In this document: one piece after another, positions 60,074 to 64,000 of the stretch | How the letters are laid out: each line of letters opens with the position of its first letter | Position numbering within the stretch: position 1 is the stretch's first letter | Notes under the pieces: generated by a model | What the model was told of the DNA's origin: nothing | The model's database searches: none | What the model saw: the letters and a program-made list of their open reading frames with translations, nothing else | Translations under genes and position numbers: made by a program | Source of the DNA: an uncultured Cellulophaga sp. | GTDB lineage: Bacteria > Bacteroidota > Bacteroidia > Flavobacteriales > Flavobacteriaceae | NCBI GenBank assembly: GCA_947491225.1 | Contig: CANLIE010000001.1 | Location: 17,747-81,746 of the forward strand | Reading direction: 5' to 3' | Length of the DNA: 64,000 nucleotides

Positions 60074-61435
60074 ATGGCCAAAACAAAAACAGCTTTTTTT
60101 TGTCAGAATTGTGGAACTCAATATGCTAAATGGGCGGGACAATGTGGTGCTTGTAAAGAATGGAATACCATCATTGAAGAGGTTATACAAAAAGAAGAAA
60201 AAAGTAGCTGGAAAACTCCTAACACTAGCACTAAAAAAGTATCCAAGCCTTTACGTGTTAATGAGATTAGTACTGAAAAAGAATTACGCCTTAATACATA
60301 TGATTTAGAATTTAACAGAGTACTAGGTGGCGGATTGGTTCCTGGTTCTTTAACACTTCTTGGTGGTGAACCAGGCATAGGAAAAAGCACTTTATTATTA
60401 CAAATATCTCTAAAATTACCATACAGAACACTTTATGTTTCTGGTGAAGAGAGTCAAAAACAAATAAAAATGCGAGCAGATCGTATTTTACCAAATAGTG
60501 AAACTTGCTTTATTCTTACTGAAACTAAAACCCAAAATATTTTTCAGCAGATTGAAGCTATACAACCAGACATTGTTGTTTTAGATTCTATACAAACGCT
60601 ACACTCAGATTATATAGAATCTGCAGCTGGTAGTATTTCTCAAATTAGAGAATGTACGGCTGAACTTATAAAATTTGCCAAGGAAACAAATACTCCAGTA
60701 ATTTTAATTGGCCACATCACAAAAGATGGCACCATAGCTGGCCCTAAAATATTGGAACATATGGTAGATACTGTTTTACAATTTGAAGGCGATAGAAATT
60801 ATGTTTACAGAATACTACGTTCACTTAAAAATAGATTTGGTTCTACAGCAGAATTAGGAATTTATGAAATGCAAGGCAGTGGGCTGCGTGAGGTAAACAA
60901 TCCGTCAGAAATATTAATATCTAAAAATGATGAAGGTTTAAGCGGTACGGCAATTGCATCAACCCTAGAAGGTATGCGCCCATTACTAATAGAAATACAA
61001 GCATTGGTTAGCACTGCTGTTTATGGCACACCACAGCGCTCTACTACAGGCTATAATGCCAAGCGATTAAATATGCTTTTGGCTGTTTTAGAAAAAAGAG
61101 CTGGATTTAAACTAGGAGCAAAAGATGTTTTTTTAAACATAACTGGTGGTATCTCTGTAGACGATCCTGCTATAGATTTGGCTGTAATTGCAGCTATATT
61201 ATCTAGTAATTCAGATATTGCTATTGCCAAAGGCATCTGTTTTGCCGCAGAGGTTGGGTTGGCCGGGGAAATAAGGTCTGTACAACGTGTGGACCAACGT
61301 ATTTCTGAAGCAGAAAAGCTTGGTTTTAACACTATTTTTGTTTCAAAAAATAACAAAATTACCTTAAAAAATACGACTATTAAAATTCAATTGGTTTCCA
61401 AAATTGAAGATGTTATTAGAGTGCTGTTTAGCTAA
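60074..61435 (+). CDS. radA: DNA repair protein RadA
   Basis: 453 aa; C4 zinc finger CQNCGTQYAKWAGQCGACKEW; RecA-like GEPGIGKSTLLLQ; KNRFG; Lon-like C-terminus. Confidence 0.95.
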   Translation: MAKTKTAFFCQNCGTQYAKWAGQCGACKEWNTIIEEVIQKEEKSSWKTPNTSTKKVSKPLRVNEISTEKELRLNTYDLEFNRVLGGGLVPGSLTLLGGEPGIGKSTLLLQISLKLPYRTLYVSGEESQKQIKMRADRILPNSETCFILTETKTQNIFQQIEAIQPDIVVLDSIQTLHSDYIESAAGSISQIRECTAELIKFAKETNTPVILIGHITKDGTIAGPKILEHMVDTVLQFEGDRNYVYRILRSLKNRFGSTAELGIYEMQGSGLREVNNPSEILISKNDEGLSGTAIASTLEGMRPLLIEIQALVSTAVYGTPQRSTTGYNAKRLNMLLAVLEKRAGFKLGAKDVFLNITGGISVDDPAIDLAVIAAILSSNSDIAIAKGICFAAEVGLAGEIRSVQRVDQRISEAEKLGFNTIFVSKNNKITLKNTTIKIQLVSKIEDVIRVLFS

Positions 61436-61522
61436 CAAATAGTGTAGTACCCGCAATAGATTTATAAATTCTCTTTATAAATTTAGGTTTTAATTTTGAC
61501 ATAATCGTATTTTTATAAAAGC

Positions 61523-61556
61523 AAAAAAGAGGCTGCAATTATTGTAGCCTCTTCTA
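61523..61556. terminator. Bidirectional terminator hairpin between radA and the aldo/keto reductase gene
   Basis: AAGAGGCTGCAAT|ATTGTAGCCTCTT near-perfect palindrome preceded by an A-run. Confidence 0.55.
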
Positions 61557-61574
61557 AATTTAATTTCTGATCTT

Positions 61575-62615
61575 TTATGGTGCAGGATTAGGGATTTCTT
61601 TATGTATTGCTTCAATCCCTTTTAAAACCTCACTACTTAATTCTATCTCTACGCTTTTTATGTTTTCTTTAAGCTGGTCTATATTTGTAGCGCCAATGAT
61701 ATTACTTTTCACGAAAGGTCTAGAGTTTACATACGCCAAGGCCATTTGTGGTAAGGACAAACCGTGTTCACGTGCTAGATTAAAATACTTTTGAGTTGCT
61801 TGTTCTGCTGTAGCACTACTATATCTATTATAATTAGGAAACAATGTTATTCTAGCATTTGCGGGTTTTAAACCTCCTAAATATTTGCCACTCAATACTC
61901 CAAAACCTAATGGAGAATAAGCCAACAATGCAATATCTTCTCGCATAGAAATCTCTGCCAAACCAACCTCAAAAGTCCTGTTTATTAAACTATAAGAATT
62001 TTGTATTGTAACCATTCTAGGCAATGATCTATGCACCTTGCTTTCCTCTAAAAAACGCATTGTCCCCCAAGGTGTTTCATTGGACAAACCTATGTGTTTA
62101 ATTTTTCCTTCGCTAACTAAGTCCCTAAGAGTTTCTAGTACCTGATGAATATTATCTTCCCAAAAGTCATTTATTTTATGTTCATATCCTCTTTGTCCAA
62201 AAAAATTTGTTTGGCGTTCTGGCCAGTGTAATTGATATAAATCAATATAATCTGTTTGTAAGCGTTGCAAACTACCTTCCACAGCAGAAATTAATCCTTC
62301 TTTTTTAAATCCTGTAGTTCTAATATGCTTTATAAAATCTGATTTTCCTACAATCTTAGATGCCAAAACAATTTTATCCCTGTTTCCAGTCTTCTTAAAC
62401 CACTTCCCTATTATACGTTCAGTCTCTGCATATAATTCAGGTTTATGAGGAATAGGGTACATTTCTGCCGTATCAAAGAAATTAACTCCTTGCTCTAAAG
62501 CATAATCCATTTGTTGGTGCCCCTCTATTTCATTGTTTTGTCTGCCCCAAGTCATTGTCCCTAAGCAAATTTTACTTACCTCTATGTCTGTGTGTGGTAG
62601 TGTGCTATATTTCAT
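61575..62615 (-). CDS. Aldo/keto reductase (Tas-like NADP-dependent oxidoreductase)
   Basis: 346 aa; MKYSTLPHTDIEVSKICLGTMTWG; catalytic tetrad context. Confidence 0.9.
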   Translation of the reverse strand: MKYSTLPHTDIEVSKICLGTMTWGRQNNEIEGHQQMDYALEQGVNFFDTAEMYPIPHKPELYAETERIIGKWFKKTGNRDKIVLASKIVGKSDFIKHIRTTGFKKEGLISAVEGSLQRLQTDYIDLYQLHWPERQTNFFGQRGYEHKINDFWEDNIHQVLETLRDLVSEGKIKHIGLSNETPWGTMRFLEESKVHRSLPRMVTIQNSYSLINRTFEVGLAEISMREDIALLAYSPLGFGVLSGKYLGGLKPANARITLFPNYNRYSSATAEQATQKYFNLAREHGLSLPQMALAYVNSRPFVKSNIIGATNIDQLKENIKSVEIELSSEVLKGIEAIHKEIPNPAP

Positions 62616-62716
62616 AGTAATGGTTTAGTTTATTTATAGTGTTTAACTTTTCAAAAATACCAAAATTGATACGCTTATCAAACTAAAAAAACATTCAGAT
62701 TAGAACATTTATTAAT

Positions 62717-62758
62717 AAAAAAATGCCCTTATCAAAATGATAAGCGCATTTCTTTTTT
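62717..62758 (-). terminator. Terminator hairpin downstream of the cytochrome c gene
   Basis: TGCCCTTATCA-AAA-TGATAAGCGCA with flanking A/T runs. Confidence 0.5.
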
Positions 62759-62769
62759 AGGCTTTATCC

Positions 62770-63252
62770 TTATAAAGTTCTAAAGTACTCTAGTATTGAT
62801 CTGGCTTGTTCTTCTGTTAAACCTTGATTTGTCATCAATGCATTATTATACTCTTTAAATAAAGCCTTTGCTATAACATCTTCTTTAAGCATTCCATCAG
62901 GGTTCAGTATCATATTCATTATCCATTCAGGACTTCTACGTTCTAATATACCATTAACTGCAGGTCCAATTAAACGAGTATCGGTTGTATGGCAAACCAT
63001 ACATGTACTTTCAAAAAGAGTTTTTCCTGCTGCTGCCAATTCTTTATTTATCTCTGCATCTAATTTTAATGATTTAATAGATCCAATACCTTTATTATTC
63101 ATATCTACAGGAACTCCTTCTTGTGTTGCTGTAACCTTTACTTCTTTCTTGGTTCTATTCATTTTAAAACCATCTTCTTTTTTTTCTTCTTTTTTACCTC
63201 CACAGCTAGCTATAAAAGCCCCTACTGCCATAATCACAAGTACTTTCTTCAT
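62770..63252 (-). CDS. c-type cytochrome lipoprotein
   Basis: Start at internal MKKVLVIMAV; lipobox IASC; single CMVCH haem-binding site. Confidence 0.75.
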   Translation of the reverse strand: MKKVLVIMAVGAFIASCGGKKEEKKEDGFKMNRTKKEVKVTATQEGVPVDMNNKGIGSIKSLKLDAEINKELAAAGKTLFESTCMVCHTTDTRLIGPAVNGILERRSPEWIMNMILNPDGMLKEDVIAKALFKEYNNALMTNQGLTEEQARSILEYFRTL

Positions 63253-63487
63253 CCTACAAATTAAATTTGAATACACTAATATAAGCATAAGAATAATTAA
63301 ACCATCTCTTCTAAAAATTTAAACACTATTTTTTCTACATATATTATTTTATTTGAATTATAAAACCCATTATATCCTCTATATAAAGGCATTTCCTGAT
63401 AAAAATACTTATTCTTTTCATTATTTTAATTTTACTAGAGAACGTCTAGGCCATACAAATTATGTGATAACTTTAGTACTACCAATT

Positions 63488-64000
63488 TTACTTAGGGTAT
63501 ACATCTAACAATTTCTTTTGTTCTTCAATAGCCTCAACAAACTCGATTTTTAAATTTGCAACCAATTCTGTAACGGAAATAACATTATTAATATTTGTTA
63601 CACCTTGCCCTGCTGACCAAATAGTTTTCCAAGCCTTGGCCTCTGTATCCATTTCTTTACCAAAATCTATTTTAGTATCTTTCTTAAGGTCATCTTCAGT
63701 GATCCCTGCTACTTTTAAACTAGCCTTTAAAAAATTGGCATGCACTCCAGATATGGATGCCGTATAAACCACATCACTAGCGCCTGCTCCTATAATCATT
63801 TTTCTATATTCTTCTGGAGCTTTACTTTCTAATGTATTTATAAATCGCGTTCCCATATATACAATATCTGCACCCATTTGCATTGCAGACGCAATATCTC
63901 TCCCTGTGCTTATGCAACCTGAAAGAATAATGGTTTTTTTAAAAAACTTCTTAATTTCTGACACTAAAGGTATTGGATTAATTGTGCCTCCATGCCCACC
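63488..64000 (-). CDS. Nitronate monooxygenase / FabK-like FMN oxidoreductase; 5' part continues beyond window end
   Basis: Frame is open to the window edge. The track's N-terminal region (ILSGCISTGRDIASAMQMGADIVYMGTRF) is typical of NMO/2-nitropropane dioxygenase TIM barrels. Confidence 0.7.
   Translation of the reverse strand, partial: GGHGGTINPIPLVSEIKKFFKKTIILSGCISTGRDIASAMQMGADIVYMGTRFINTLESKAPEEYRKMIIGAGASDVVYTASISGVHANFLKASLKVAGITEDDLKKDTKIDFGKEMDTEAKAWKTIWSAGQGVTNINNVISVTELVANLKIEFVEAIEEQKKLLDVYPK

Overview
This 64 kb window looks like a low-GC chromosome segment from a Flavobacteriia (Bacteroidota) genome. It is mostly single-copy core genes and carries Bacteroidota hallmarks. These include the gliding genes gldD-gldE downstream of mutY-ssb, a T9SS type-B cargo/PorP-SprF/PorE-like triad, several TonB-dependent receptors, a stand-alone atpD-atpC pair and the panD-panC | glgA-like/DUF4270/glmS locus. 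Housekeeping genes include greA, ahcY, rpmA/rplU, an M16 peptidase pair, HU, RNase E/G, recX, a bio cluster (bioB; KAS-like-bioA-bioD-bioF), radA and an aldo/keto reductase. I found no rRNA, tRNA or CRISPR. Four things stand out. (1) A vitamin-uptake locus with a minus-strand TPP riboswitch in front of a TonB-dependent receptor, next to a PnuC-family transporter, a NadR-type kinase-DUF4301 fusion and an MTH1187/YkoF-type thiamin-binding protein. (2) A CI/Cro-like divergent regulatory module with palindromic operators in front of a hypothetical ORF, umuC and umuD; umuC has no canonical start codon at the conserved N-terminus. (3) A family of short dispersed intergenic repeats with at least five copies, one bounded by terminal inverted repeats. 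(4) A 28-aa basic peptide gene (bS22-like) missed by the ORF track. All calls come from reading the sequence and recalling family motifs; no searches were run.
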